DNA of 64,000 nt. Origin: the human T2T-CHM13v2.0 reference genome, Homo sapiens. The stretch lies in assembly GCF_009914755.1 (NCBI RefSeq), contig NC_060938.1; one strand, written 5' to 3'. Below the pieces are notes generated by a model. That model saw only the letters and a program-made list of their open reading frames with translations. It was not told the DNA's origin and ran no database searches. Below are positions 11,371-25,180 of the stretch, piece after piece; position 1 is the first letter of the stretch; each line of letters begins with the position of its first letter. Made by a program: the position numbers and the translations under genes.

Positions 11371-13874
11371 TCATTCTCACCAAACTTGCTATTGTTCATG
11401 CAGGTTGAAGCTGACCCTAAGTCTCTGGGCCATGGTATCACTTATGGGCATGCCAGACTTTGGGTTGAGTGTAGGCTCTGAAACCATATCCCCCTGTTCC
11501 CAGCCGACCAGAAAAGACAACTAATTCTCTTCCTTCTGCATGCCCCAAGAACACAGAACTGTAGACTGTGGCTACCCATGTTCCATCTACTTCCTGAAAG
11601 AGGTCCTCCCCTCCACTCTCTGCCATCCAGCCCCCTCTTGCTCCAAAACTTTAGTAAATGGGTTTAATGTAGTCTGAAGTTTTTCTACAGGGTATATTTA
11701 TCACCATAGCAAATGATGCTCATTCTTTGAAAACAAGCCTCTGGTGTATAAACTATAAGGATAGTTTTATCCAGGCATAAAGCAGAGAGAGTGATACCAG
11801 TTCATGCCTGGATAGAATTATTGGAAAGGGGAGTTCAAAGACAGAATTCTGCTTTGACAAGAAGAATTTCAAAATATGACTTTGCCCCCCAAAAATTTTA
11901 CTTCAGAAGGGGGAACTCACACTATTTGAGAAGGAGTAGGCAGGTTGTTTAGAAACTCTGAAAATGGATTAAGTGGGCATGTTTGCTTTTATGGCTTACA
12001 GCAGAGTAGAAGAAAAATAACACTAATCTATTATTAGAAATGCAATTTGCTTTTAAATCAATTATGCAGAGACTGTGAGAAAGAGGAGTCAAAATAAACT
12101 TAGTATAAGTCAGGAAGATTTTACTCTGTAACTAGGTTTTGTTTTTTTGGGTTCTATATTTGGCTATTACTGAAAAATTGTTTATTTAGTGAAATACATT
12201 AAAGTTTTCTTAACACGCATAACTACTTTTTACATAATTAGCCCTTCTGTAGCAGTATTTCACATCTGTCTTTGCTATAAGTCCCAAGGGCAGCTGAACC
12301 CAGGCTGCAATGGGACACATTGACTGGCCACCTGAGCTTGTGGCTTGGTCTAGCAAACAGGGTCCCCAGAGATATCCCAAGAAGTCTAGAGGACCAGTCT
12401 CAGAAAACAAACCAGTGTTGGTGTGTGTTTTGTAAAAAAGTTTCTCCAAACTTACATTTAGCACTTCTCTGATCACAGCACTACCTATTGCTTCGGATTG
12501 AAGCCAAGAATCTGCTTTTGCAATTTTAGTCTGCTTCCAATATGTCAAAAGATGCTGTAAAATTCTCAGACCTGGCTGATCATATACTGATTTATACATT
12601 TCTATTTCCACCTACATAAGCACATGCCATATAACTCACCAGAGGCTTCAGGAATAAAATCACACAATGACAGGTAGTAACTCTAAGAATCCTGCACAAT
12701 CAGTGAGTGTCCGAGCTCTTCTAGAACTCTCGGTGAGCCATCAATAGAGCAGGTGCAGTTGGAGGATGATTTATTCTTCAACTGAAGTCGATTCAAGTCA
12801 CTTTCTAGGGAAAAAAAGTGTTGCTTCTTAGGGAGCTGTCATTTCTCTCTACATTTCCTTTTCACTCACCAATCTTGCTTGAACCAGGCTCCCTTTTAAC
12901 AGTGAATGTGGAAGTAAGAATGCAGAACCCCATTCTGAGGAACAAACAGCATTTAACAGGTGAACTTGTAGAAGGAAGACCAGTATCTGGGCACCATCAA
13001 ACTTAGTAGGGCATTTCTAGTGGAACAGAAATGTTTTCTTTGCGGACAGATATCTAAGGGCTCTCACACTTTCATTTCTTGGGAAGATAATAAATGCAGT
13101 AAAATATGTTGTTTGCTTTAGATATTCTGGATGCCTTTTCCTGTGGGATTTCTTCATGTGCCTTTTTTGTGCTGTTTTGTGTTTCTGTGAACAAGAAAGA
13201 AATGTGTTTCTCTTATGGCTAGTGGCAAAAGTAAGCCAGGCTGGAGGTTTTTTTCATTTACTGTAAACTGTAACTTCCTTACAGCAAGGTGCTTAGTATT
13301 GGGGGATGGAGTTTACAGAATGAATACAGTTGAGTGAGGTTAGAAAGAAAATCAGAGACAAAGAAAGTGGCTATATTGAGGATGTTTAAAATGTTCTATT
13401 TTCTGCAGAGCCACGTATAACAAACTGACCTCTGAGAGCCATATTCACAAGCTCATTAAAAGCCCAGAGCTAGAAAAAACCTCCAGATGTATGGCCTATT
13501 TCTCACTCCATCCTTGCCATGGTTGGGCTTAGGAACTTTGACTACCCTGGTGAAGAAGGAGAGAAAAAGAAGTGGGAGGGAGAGAATCATTTCAAATGAA
13601 AGGTTTAAATTTGAAGTGACTGGGTAAACTTAAGTGAAAATAAAGACTCTAAAGCTAAGCTAACATCGGTTTTGGAAACATAAAGCAGTGTAAATTTTTG
13701 CACATCCCACTCTCAGTACAGAATCTCTGAAACTTAAATCTGTTCAGGCACCAAGCAGAGCCCAGAGCAGTATTGTACGGTAGTTCTTCCCAAGAGCACT
13801 TCCGTGCATAGAACTTACAAGCCATCCTACTGAGTTTCCCAAAACGAAATCATCACTGGATGTTCCTTTGATAC

Positions 13875-13953
13875 AAAAAAAAAATAATAATAATAATAAA
13901 AAAAAGAAGAAAGAGGAGGAGGAGGAGAAGGAGGAGGAGGAAGAGAAGAAGAA
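13875..13953. repeat. Compound simple repeat A/(TAA)n/(GGA,GAA)n
   Basis: Read directly from the sequence. Confidence 0.9.
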
Positions 13954-14182
13954 GTCATCATTCTTTTTCTGGCATTGGCCAGTTTTGTAATGTTAAAATT
14001 TGATATTTTTAAATGTATACAACATGCCTGGTCCTGTGTGCCTCTGGGGTAAAGATAAAAATATGGTACAGTCTTGCCCATGAAGACCTGACATTCTAGT
14101 CAGAGACATTAGATATATGCATGATGAATACATGATTAAGGAATAGGACAGCGTATCATGAAGTGATCATTGGGTAAAACTG

Positions 14183-14410
14183 AATAACAATGACATTTAT
14201 TGCACACTTGCTATGCAACAGCTTCTGTATTAGTCACTCTATGTCTATTAACTCTTTTACCGTGACAACAATCCTATGGGGTAGGGGTGATTATTATCCC
14301 CATTTTACAGAAGAGAAAGTGGAGACACGGAAAGTGAGTGCCATCTTGGGGCACTATGTCTTTGAACTAGTGTTCAAACCTGGCCTGAGATTTGCTGCCT
14401 CCCAGAGTTA
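14183..14410 (-). mobile_element. MIR SINE
   Basis: acaatcctatggggtaggggtgattattatccccattttacagaagagaaagtggagacacgg. Confidence 0.75.
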
Positions 14411-14619
14411 AAAGGAGAGAGGAGAGCATGGGTCAAAGTTATTCGAGTGGCTTCTTAGGAAAAGCAGAGTTGGGCTGGGTCCAGAAATAAGAGTAGGCAG
14501 TTGTGAATTGCTAGAAGTGGAGGTTGGAAGGCCTTCCAGGTAGGAGAACAGCATGAACACAGGAGGGCTCCAGGCAGGATGAGTGGAAGGCTACTAAAGA
14601 GAAACTCTGACATGGAGGC

Positions 14620-14850
14620 CAGTGTGTTCCAGTGGAAAGAGAATAGGCTCCAGGGTTATGCCCATCTTAAGTTCCAGCCCAGTCACTTACTTGCTTCAAC
14701 TTCCCTGAGCTTAAGTTTCTTCATCTATATATTGGAAGCAAATTAATAACCTCATCACAGAGTTGTGAGTAGTCAAGATATGATTCATATCATCTCTTAG
14801 CACAGAAACTATGACAATGTCGGTGCCCAATAAAAGGAAGCTATTATATT
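14620..14850 (+). mobile_element. MIR SINE
   Basis: acttccctgagcttaagtttcttcatctatatattgg...aataacctcatcacagagttgtgag. Confidence 0.65.
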
Positions 14851-15019
14851 ATTCTAAAAGATATGTTAGGAGAAGTGGGAAACTCATGCTGAACAGGGAG
14901 ATGTGACCAGATTGTGGAAGGTCTTGTAAATCAGGTGGCAGTGAATAGGCATGTCATGGTAGCCACTTGGGAAGAGAAGTCACAAACTTCAGGCCTTTTA
15001 TGACTTATAAATGAACAAT

Positions 15020-15241
15020 GATCAATATGGTGGGCTGTGACAAGGGTTTTTTTTTTTTTGAATAAAATAGAGCTAGAATTGAAATTTCACAGTGCTTCAG
15101 GGATAATACATTATTGTTTTATGATTCTCTTGATTCAGTTTGTATGTATTTTTGTAGGTGTATTTTATACATGTATGTGCAGGGTAACTATAAAAATTAC
15201 TTCTTACTGTAGGTTGAGGTGAAAAAAGTTTAAAAACCACT
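15020..15241. mobile_element. hAT-type DNA transposon remnant (family uncertain)
   Basis: Ends in a Charlie-like terminus: ttcttactgtaggttgaggtgaaaaaagtttaaaaaccact. Confidence 0.4.
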
Positions 15242-15433
15242 AATTTAGATGGTGTCCTCCTCTACCAATTCCAGATGTCCTGATAAATAACAACTTGCCT
15301 ACAAGAGCCAGAGAAATTTTGAAATGCATGACATTGTAGTAAGCACAGATTTTAAACCACAGTAAAGTGAGACTGCATAGAAAGTTTTTCTTGACTTTAT
15401 CCTGTGGGGCTGCAGTGGCACAAAATGGTGCCC

Positions 15434-15853
15434 TGACATAGTTTTGATGTTTGTCCCCCCACCAAATCTCATGTTGAGATGTGATTCCCAATGTTGGAGG
15501 TAGGGCCCAGTGGAAGATGTTTGGGTCATGGGAGCGGTTACCTCATGAATGGCTTGGTGCCCTCCCCATGGTAATGAGTTCACACAAGAGCTGGTTGTTA
15601 AAAAAAAAAAAAAAAAAAAGAGACTGGGACCTGCCTCCTCTCTCTCTTGCTTGTTCTCTTGCCATGTGACACAACTGCTCCCCTTTTGCCTTCTGCTATG
15701 AGTAAAAGCTCCCTGACACTTCACCAGAAGCCGAGGGTATGCTGGTGCTATGCTTGTGCAGCCTGCAGAACTGTGAGCCAAATAAACTTCCTTTCTTTAG
15801 AAATTAGCCAGTCTCAGGTTTTCCTTTATAGCAATGCAAAATAGACTAATACA
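15434..15853 (+). mobile_element. MSTB-type MaLR solo LTR
   Basis: TG...CA termini, caaatctcatgttg, gcagcctgcagaactgtgagccaaataaac, gactaataca; 5-bp TSD tgccc/tgctc; internal A-run expansion near 15600. Confidence 0.9.
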
Positions 15854-17138
15854 TGCTCCATACCAAACAACCTGAGGCAAGTGGAGTTCCTTTCGAAGAG
15901 GCATTCTTTACTGCTTTTGATCTCCAGAAGCCATGTAGTGAAAGTTGTTCCAGATCTGGCTAATAGCTTTTATAAATCTTCCAGAAAATTTGTGTCAGTT
16001 CCCCTCCCTAAAGAAAATAAACAAACATATAGAAAATAATCATTGTTAAAGAAACACTATTTTAAATTTTGCTAAATGAACGGAATTTCCCCCAGTCAAA
16101 TTGCCCTTTTTCCCCCAGAGCAACAATACCCTCTCAGCTAATCATTTGATATGTTGGGTCTGTAGAATTTCCTCATTCTTAGGAGGCAAGAGCTGGTTCT
16201 TCTTGAATTGTTACCAATGGCAATGATTAAAAAAAGGTACAACGTGGGAAGTTGGAAGGGGGCACATAAAAGGTGTTTAGTGATTACTGGTTAACTATGT
16301 CAAACCTAAAAATAATCCTGTCCAAAATTGTTCCATAAGTAAGATTCCTCCTTGTTCCCAACCAGAGAGAATATAATTCTGTGCCCTCGGTCCCCAGTAT
16401 CCTCCAAGCCCCTCTTTCTCACTCCGTATGGAAGCAGGCACAATTCATAACTGATCTCTCTAAGGAATGCAGTAATTTTGACCCAGTTTCTTACTGGTGC
16501 ATCCCCAAAGTTGTATTTCTATTCCTAAAGGCTGTCTTCTAACTCGTCTTTCCCTCCAGGAAGATGTTGTGGTGTTTTTTTCCTCATTTCATATTCTTAC
16601 CTTCCTGCTCTCCTTATTCATTGAAAACCATCCACTCTTTCCTTCGGTGCAGTGATTTGAGAAATTGCCCCCATACAATCTGTTTTTGTTTCATAACATG
16701 TTCTTCCCCAAGCTTTCTGGTAATTATTTTGACCTTGGATCTTTCTGGAGGAGTATGGATTCCTATATTTCCCATGCCTCACTTCCACCTACCAAGTTGA
16801 TTCTGTTCTTCTTTTGCTGCAGGCCAGGAAATTATCTCTTGACAATCTTTCTTCTTTGCATTACAACCTATGTAAAGCATCCCTACTTCTAGAAAACCTT
16901 TCTACTTTCTGAATGCCAAATCTTGTTTCCCTTTCTTTTGAGATATTTTTCAATGCTATTTTTCAATACAGACAAAATATGGACTGGATTCCCAAGACCC
17001 CAACTACACCCAACAGTAGAAGGAGAGAAAAGGACAATAGGACATGAGATGCTAAATTCAGTACTGACCTGGATCCCAAGAACTTTGAACATTTTCAACT
17101 ATTCTATTTAGCTATTTGACAGTACTTGTGAGTTTCTT

Positions 17139-17551
17139 TTTTTAAAATTTTTTTATTATTATTACACTTTTAAGTTTTAGGGTACATGTGCATAATGTGC
17201 AGGTTTGTTACATATGTATACATGTGCCATGTTGGTGTGCTGCACCCATTAACTCGTCATTTAACATTAGGTATATCTCCTAATGCTATCCCTCCCCCCT
17301 CCCCTCACCCCACAACAGGCCCCAGACTGTGATGTTCCCCTTCCTGTGTCCATGTGTTCTCATTGTTCAATTCCCACCTATGAGTGAGAACATGTGGTGT
17401 TTGGTTTTTTGTCCTTGCGATAGTTTGCTGAGAATGATGGTTTCCAGTTTCATCCATGTCCCTACAAAGGACATGAACTCAACATTTTTTATGGCTGCAT
17501 AGTATTCCATGGTGTATATGTGCCACATTTTCTTAACCCAGTCTATCGTTG
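17139..17551 (-). mobile_element. L1PA (PA4/PA5-like) 5'-truncated insertion
   Basis: Primate L1 3'UTR in antisense with a T-rich tail; perfect 12-bp TSD tgtgagtttctt at 17127-17138 and 17552-17563. Confidence 0.95.
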
Positions 17552-20500
17552 TGTGAGTTTCTTGATTATGAAATTATTTTGTGTGAGTGCTGGTATAAGG
17601 TGAAATGTTATTTGGTGAACTAATCTTCTAACTTCTCTACACATTGATTTGTTGCATATTCAAAATATGTTTTATTAACAAATTTTATTTTTAGAGCAGT
17701 TTTCAGAGGAAAACAGAGTTTTCTATAATATCCCCCCTCACTTTCCTCATTATTAACATCCTGCAAAACAGTAAGATGTTTGTTATAATCTATGAACCTA
17801 CATCAACACATCCTTATCATCTCAAATCTCTAGTTTACATTAGGGCCCACTCTTGGGTTGCACTTTCTATGGGTTTTGACAAATATATAATGACATCTAT
17901 CCACCATTGTAGTATTGTACAGAATAGCTTCACTGCCCTGAAAATCTTTTGTGCTCCACTTACTCATCCCCTGCCCCACCTGCCTAGCAACCACTAATCT
18001 TTTTCCTTCTCCATAGTTTTGTTTTTCCCAGAATGTTATAATAGTTAAAATTGTACCGTATGTAGTCTTTTCAGATTGGCTTCTTTAGCTTAGCAACATG
18101 CATTTAAGTTTCTTCTTTGTCTTTTCATGGCTTGGTAGCTCATTTTTTTAACACTGAATAATATTCCTTTGTCTTGATGTACCACAATTTATTTATCCGT
18201 TCACCCACTGAAAAACATCTTGGTTGCTTCCAAGTTTTAGCAATTATGAATATAGCTGCTATAAACATCCATATGCATTTTTTGTTTGTGTGTATGGATG
18301 AAAGTTTTCAATTTATTTGAGAAAATACCAGGGAGTGTGATTGCTGGATCATGTGCTAAAAGTATGCTTAGTTTTGTAAGAAACTGCCAAGTTATCTTTC
18401 AAAGTAGCTGTACCATTTTGTATCCTCACCAGTAATGAATAAGAGTTTCTGTTTTTCCACATGATTGCCAGCATTTTGTGTTGTCAGTGTTTTGGATTTT
18501 GGCAGTTATAACAGGTGCACAGTGGTACCTCATTGTTGTTTTAATTTGCAATTCCTTAATAATATATGATGTTGAGCATCTTTTCATTTGCTTACTAACC
18601 ATTTGTGTATCTTCTTTGGTGAATTGGCTGTAAAAGTCTTTTGTCCATTTTTAAATTGAGTTGTTCATTTTGTTATTGGTGAGTTTTAAGAGTTCTTTGT
18701 ATATTTTGGATAACACTCCTTTATCAAATGTGTCTTTTGCAAATATTTTCTCTCAGCCTGTGGCTTGTTTTATCATTCTCTTGACAGTGTCTTTTGCAGA
18801 GTGGAATTTTTAATTTTAATGAATTCTAGCTATCAATTATTTATTTCATGGGTTGTGCCTTTGGTATTGCATCTAAAATGACATCTCCATACACAAAGGT
18901 CATCTAGATTTTCTCCTATGTTATCTTCCAGAAGTGCTATAATTTTGCATTTTGCATGTGAATGTCCAGTTGTCCGAGCCATTTGTTGAAAATGCTATCT
19001 TTGCTCTATTGTATTGCCTTTGCTCTTTTCTCAAAGATCAGTTGACAAACTGATCTTTATGTGGGCCAATTTCTTGGCTTTTGGGGTCATTTTCTTGGCT
19101 TTATGTGGGCCTATATGCCAGCTTTCTATTCTGTTCCACTCATCTACCTGTATATTATTTCATTGGTAACACATTGTCATGATTACTGTAGTAATATAAA
19201 CATGAAATATAAAGATATTAAGTCTGATGTTGGGCAGTGTCAATCCTCTTACTTTGTTCTCCTTCAATATTGAGTTGGTTATTGTGGGTCTTTCTCCTTT
19301 TCATACAAACTTTAGAATTAGTGTGTTAATATCCACAAAATAATTTGCTGAAATTTTGATTGGGATTGTGTTGAATTTATGGGTCAAGTTGAGAAGAACT
19401 AAAATTTTGACAATATGGAGTCTTCTTATACTTGAAGATAAAATATCTCTCTATTTTAAATTTTGTCTTGGGTATCTTTCATCAGAGTTTTTTGGTTTTC
19501 CTCACATAGATTTTGTATATATTTTGTTATATTTATACCTAAATATTTCATTTTTGGGGGTGCTAATGTGAATGGTAATGTATTTTTAATGTCAAATTCC
19601 ACTCGTTTATTGCTGGTATATTGGAAAGTGATTGACTTTTGTATATTAATCTTGTATCCTACCATTTTGCTATAATCACTTATTCTAGGATTTTTTGTCA
19701 ATTCATTTAGATTTTCTACATAGAAAATTATATCATCTATAAATAAAGCCAGTTTATTTCTTCCTTCCTAAATTTGTATACCATTTTTTTCCTTTTCTCG
19801 TTTTATTGAATTATCCAGAACTTTCAACACAATGTTGAAAAGCAGTGGTGAGAAGGGACATTTTTGCTTGTTCTTGATCTTAGTGGGAAAGCTTTGAATT
19901 TCTTACTACTAGGTGTGATGATATCTATAGACATTTTGTAGATGCTCTTAATCAAGTTGAGAAAATTCGTCTCTATTCCAAGTTTGCTGACAGTTTTTAT
20001 CATGAATGTTTGATTTTGTCAAATTATTTTTCTGTATCTAATAATATGATCATGTGATTTTTATTTTTTAGACTATTGATGTGCTAGATTATATTAAATG
20101 ATTTTTGAATGTTGAACCAATCTTGTGTACCTAGGATAAAACTTATGTGGTTGTGGTATAGAAGTATTTTTATACATTATTGGATTTCATTTGCAAATAT
20201 TTTGTTGAGGATTGTTGCTTTTATATTCATCAGTGATATTGGTCTATAGTTTTCTTTGCTTGTAATGTCTTTGTTTGGTTTTGGTATTAGGGTAATTCTG
20301 GCCCCATCAAATGAGTTAGAAGGTAGTCCCTCTGCTTCTATCTTTTGAAAGAGTTTTTTTTTCTTCCGTTGGAGCTGGTATTTATGTTTGTTTTTCCCCC
20401 ACTCCCAAATCTCTCCTGGATATCCGGTTTTATGTTGATTTTTTTTTTTTTGAGATTTTAAAGAATTTGTGTAATTTCTTCCTTAAATTTTTGTTAGAAT

Positions 20501-21122
20501 TTACCAGTGAACCCACCTGGGCCTGGTGCTCTCTGTGTTGAAAGGTTATTAATTATTTATACAATTTCTTTAATAGATATAGACTTATTCAGATGCTCTA
20601 TTTCTTCTTTTGTGAATTTTAACAGATTGCATTTTTCAATAAATTGGTCCATTTTATTTAGGTTGTAACATTTATGGGCATAGTAATTATTTTATTATCC
20701 TTTTAATGTCCATGGGATATTTACTGAGGTCCCTAATTTCATTTTCATTTATTGATTTGTGTGTTCTCTCTCTTTCTTTTTTTTGCTTAGCCTGGCTAGA
20801 GGCTTATTGATTTTTATTGATCTTTTCAAAGAACCAGCTTTTGGTTTTACTGATATTTTTCTATTGATTTCCTGCTTTCAATTTTATTGATTTCTAGTAA
20901 TAATAATAATAATAATTTTCTTCTGCTTATTTTGGATTTAGTTTGTTTTTCTTTTTCTAGTTTTCTTATGTGGAGACTTAGATCATTGACTTTACATATT
21001 TCTTCTTTTCTAATGTAATCATTCAATGCTAATATAATCATTCAATGCTACAAATTTCTCTCTACACAGTGCTTTCACTGAATCCCCCCAGTTTTTTAAA
21101 TTGTATTTTCTGTTTTATTTAG

Positions 21123-21483
<361 letters not shown>

Positions 21484-22174
21484 TAGAAGTGTGTTGTTTA
21501 ATCTTCAAGTATTTTTAGATTTTCTAGACATTCTTCTGTTATTGATTTCTAGTTTAATTCCATTGTGGTTTGAGGTATTATATGATTCTATTATATTAAA
21601 TTTGCTAAGGTTTGTTTTATGGCCCCAAATGTAATCTATCTTTTGGATGCTTCTCGTGAACTTGAAGAATGTATATTCTGCTACTGTTGGATGAAATAGT
21701 CTATAGATGTCTGCTATATCCAGTTAATTGATGATGCTAGTGAGTTCAACTATGTTCTTACTGGCTTTCTGCCTGTTGGACCTATCCATTTTTGATAGAG
21801 GGATATTAAAGTCTGCAACTATAATAGTGGATTAATCTATTTATCCTTGCAGTTCTGTCAGTTTTTGCCTCATGTATTTTGATGCTTTGTTGTTGGGTGC
21901 ATACACATTAAAGATTGTTATGTCTTCTTGAGAGTATTGACCCTTTTTTTAAATCATTATATAATGTTCTTCTTTATTCCTGATAACTTGTTTGCTCTGA
22001 AATCTGCTCTGTCTGAAATAAATATCGTTACTACATTTTTCTTTTGATTAGTAAGATCATGGTATATCTTTTTCCATTCGTTTAATCTATATGTGTCTTT
22101 ATATTTAAAGGGGATTTCAGCTGGACAACAAATAGTTCATATAGTTGGTCCTTGTTTTTTGATTCCTCTGACAA

Positions 22175-22484
22175 TTTTCTTTCTTTCTTTCTTTCTTTTT
22201 TTTTAAGAGTCTATTTCTGCCTCTCAGGCTGGAGTGCAGTAGTATAATCACAGCTCACTGTAACCTCTAATTCCTGGGCTCAAGCCATCCTCCTGCCTCA
22301 ACCTCCCAAGTAGCTAGGACTCCAGGCATGTACTACTATGCTCAGCCAATTTTTAAAGTTTTTTTGTAGAGACAGGGCTTTGGTATGTTACCCAGGCTAG
22401 TCTTGAGCTCCTGGTTTCAAGTGATTCTCCCACCACAGCCTCCCAAAGTGCTGGAATTACTGGCATGAGCCATTGCACCTGGCC
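22175..22484 (-). mobile_element. AluJ
   Basis: J features (aatcacagctcactg, cctgggctcaagccatcctcc); (TTTC)n tail. Confidence 0.9.
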
Positions 22485-22884
22485 AACAATCTGTATCTTT
22501 TAATTTGTGCATTAGGCCACTGACGTTTATGGTGATGATTGATATAGTTCAATTAACACCTGCTACATTTGTTACTGTTTTCTATTTGTTGCCCTTATTC
22601 TTTCTTCCCATTTTTTCCACTTCTTTTATGCATTTTGTGGTTTTAAAGGAGCATTTTATATGATTCAATCTTCTCTCCTTTCTTATCAATTATACTCATT
22701 TTTTAAAAGCTTTTTTTTTTTTAAAGTGGGTGCTCTAGAGTTTGCAATACATGTTTACAACTAATTCTACTTCACTTTCAGATAACACTATAACACTTCA
22801 TGGGTACTGTGAGTACCTTACGATAACAAAGTATTCCTAATTCCTTCCTCAGCCCTGTTTCTTGTGTCTTCACTGCCATTCACT

Positions 22885-22918
22885 TACACACACACGCGCG
22901 CGCGCGCACGCACACACA
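22885..22918. repeat. (CA)n(CG)6(CA)n microsatellite
   Basis: tacacacacacgcgcgcgcgcgcacgcacacaca. Confidence 0.95.
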
Positions 22919-23730
22919 GACATATATAATCAAATACATTGTTACTGTTATTTTGAACATGTTATTATCTGTTAGATCTATTAAGAATAAAAAAAGTAAA
23001 TGTTTTTATTTTACCTTTATTTCTTCAGGTACTGGTTGCTGTGAAGGTTTCTGCTCTGCTAAGTTGTGATTCTCTGTATCTGCCTGTCTGTCTCCAGTTT
23101 TTGGGGTGGTGGTTTTCCCTGTGACCTCCCTTCTCTGATAGATCTAAGAAGAGTTGTTGATGTTCCTGTTTGTTTAGCTCTTCACTTTTTGGGTTGCAGT
23201 GAAGACTTGTTAGCTGCTTACATGCCAGATTAGAAACTGGAAGTCTGTGTATTTTCATAAAAGGGATACAATACATAAAGAGATACAATCTATTGGAATA
23301 TTATACTGTAAAGTTAGAAAAAAGCTAGAATGAAGCTACCGCTTTCTCTTCTATTTTTGTGATTTTAAGCCAGGAAAAATGAGAGGATCTAATTCCCTTC
23401 AGAGAGATTTCTTACTCTCACTGTGGGTAGCTCTGGAGCCCTTCTATATGAATATGTTATCAGTATATTGTAATGTATTCAGTGTCCTCTGGGGGCCTGG
23501 CAGTGTGCTGGTACTCTGCACACATTCATGCCAACAAACTTGAAAGGTAGAGATTATTTATCAACATTTTTTTCTGATGGGGAGAGGCTCAGGTTAAATG
23601 GCCTCTCTAGTGCCAAAAAAACTGTAACCAAGGAGTAAAAATATAAGCTAGATAGCTTAATCTACAAAGTCAGAACCTTTTCTATTATTTATAGATAATT
23701 CACTACTTTTGTATTTTCAGTATTTAAAGT

Positions 23731-24011
23731 CTGCACTGTCCAATATTGTAGCCACCAGACACATGTGGCTACTGAGCACTAGAAATATGGCTAGTCCAAA
23801 TTGAGATGTCGATTTCAAAGACTTAAAATGGATATATCTTGTTAATAATTTTATATATTGACTAAGTGTTGAAATGATGATAGTTTAGATATATTGGGTT
23901 AAAGAAAGTATATTATTAAAATTAATTTTACTTGTTTCTTTTTATGTTTTTAATGTGTCTACTACAAAATTTAAAATTACATTTTTAGCTTGCACTATAT
24001 TTCTGACAGCT
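23731..24011. mobile_element. MER33 (hAT-Charlie)
   Basis: gcactgtccaatattgtagccacc...catgtggctactgagcact...aaaatttaaaattaca. Confidence 0.75.
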
Positions 24012-24756
24012 CAAATCTCAAGAGAAGGTGAGAGAATTGGTGAATTTTATTGTCCTGCACATGCCCTAATTAACAAGGGTGACTTTGTTAATTTGTGCTC
24101 TGTGTCCTAGGCTGCTGAATGTGGCATGGACCACTCCCTTGCAGTTGTATGTAATGTTCACTCTCTGCTTAGAGAATCTGAGCTTTTTAATTGTGCCTGC
24201 CAGAGGCTCATCCCTTCAGCTCAAGGTCAGCGAGATATTTTGGCTCACACCCAGATGTCCCACTTTCTTAGCTGGCTGTGTGCCAGGCTGTCTGTCTGCT
24301 GCTGTGTTGCACTGTCTCTAAGCCACCAAAGTCAGTGTTACCTTGTTCCCCTGCAGATCTTGTGAGACAGTCCATGGGGAGCTTTGGCCCTGAAAGACTT
24401 GGCTAAAGGCCTGTGAGTCTTTAGAAATGGTGCCAGAAGCCCTGTGGAGAGCAGCGTGATTCTGGCGAAAATGCAAATATCTTCTATATACAGACGTCTC
24501 ATACACCTTACCCCACATTCCAACACCTCGTTGGCTTTACTTAAAGGGCACATCATAATTCTTGTTGTCTTACAAATTTTGAGTAAACTTTTCAGATGCC
24601 CAACCAAATCCTGGGTTATGAGCTCCTTTGAATGATGAATGAAGCAGAAAAGTAAAAATAATAGGTTATTTTACTTTCCATATTGGTTGTCTGTTTCAAA
24701 TCTGTTTTTACTAAGCTGAAACCAAATGAAATTCTCATCATATGTACTTAATACAC

Positions 24757-25180
24757 TTTCATTCATTCATTAATAAAGCATCATCTGGGCAATAGGCACT
24801 GCAGGTGACCCAAATAATACATACTCCCTTCCCTCAAAGTACTTTTGAAAGCCACATATGTAAATGGACACAATATAAGCTAAATGCCAAATTGCATTTA
24901 AGGGTCTCAACAGAGTGCTTTTTGTAGGTAAGAGGGGAAAGAACCTTTGACCAGGATGATCAGGGCAAACCATCAAGGAGAAGGTATAATTTGGGCTGAA
25001 CTTTGAGGGATTAAGAGAGCCTACTCCAACAAAAGAAAGGATGTTAGGGTAATGGAAAGGGGTCAACAGTTAGGTGAGAATATGATGTTCTTGTTTGGGA
25101 GGAGCAGGAGATGAGGTCAGGAAGGTGGGAGATCACACTGAATATAATTATTCAATGCCAGGCTGAGGATTGTCAATCTA
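24757..25180 (-). mobile_element. L2 fragment
   Basis: ttcattcattcattaataaagcat...atttgggctgaactttgaggga...gatgaggtcagg. Confidence 0.55.

Noticed and set aside
11380-11700. Possible LTR fragment
   Set aside because: Could not identify termini, a TSD or a family signature.
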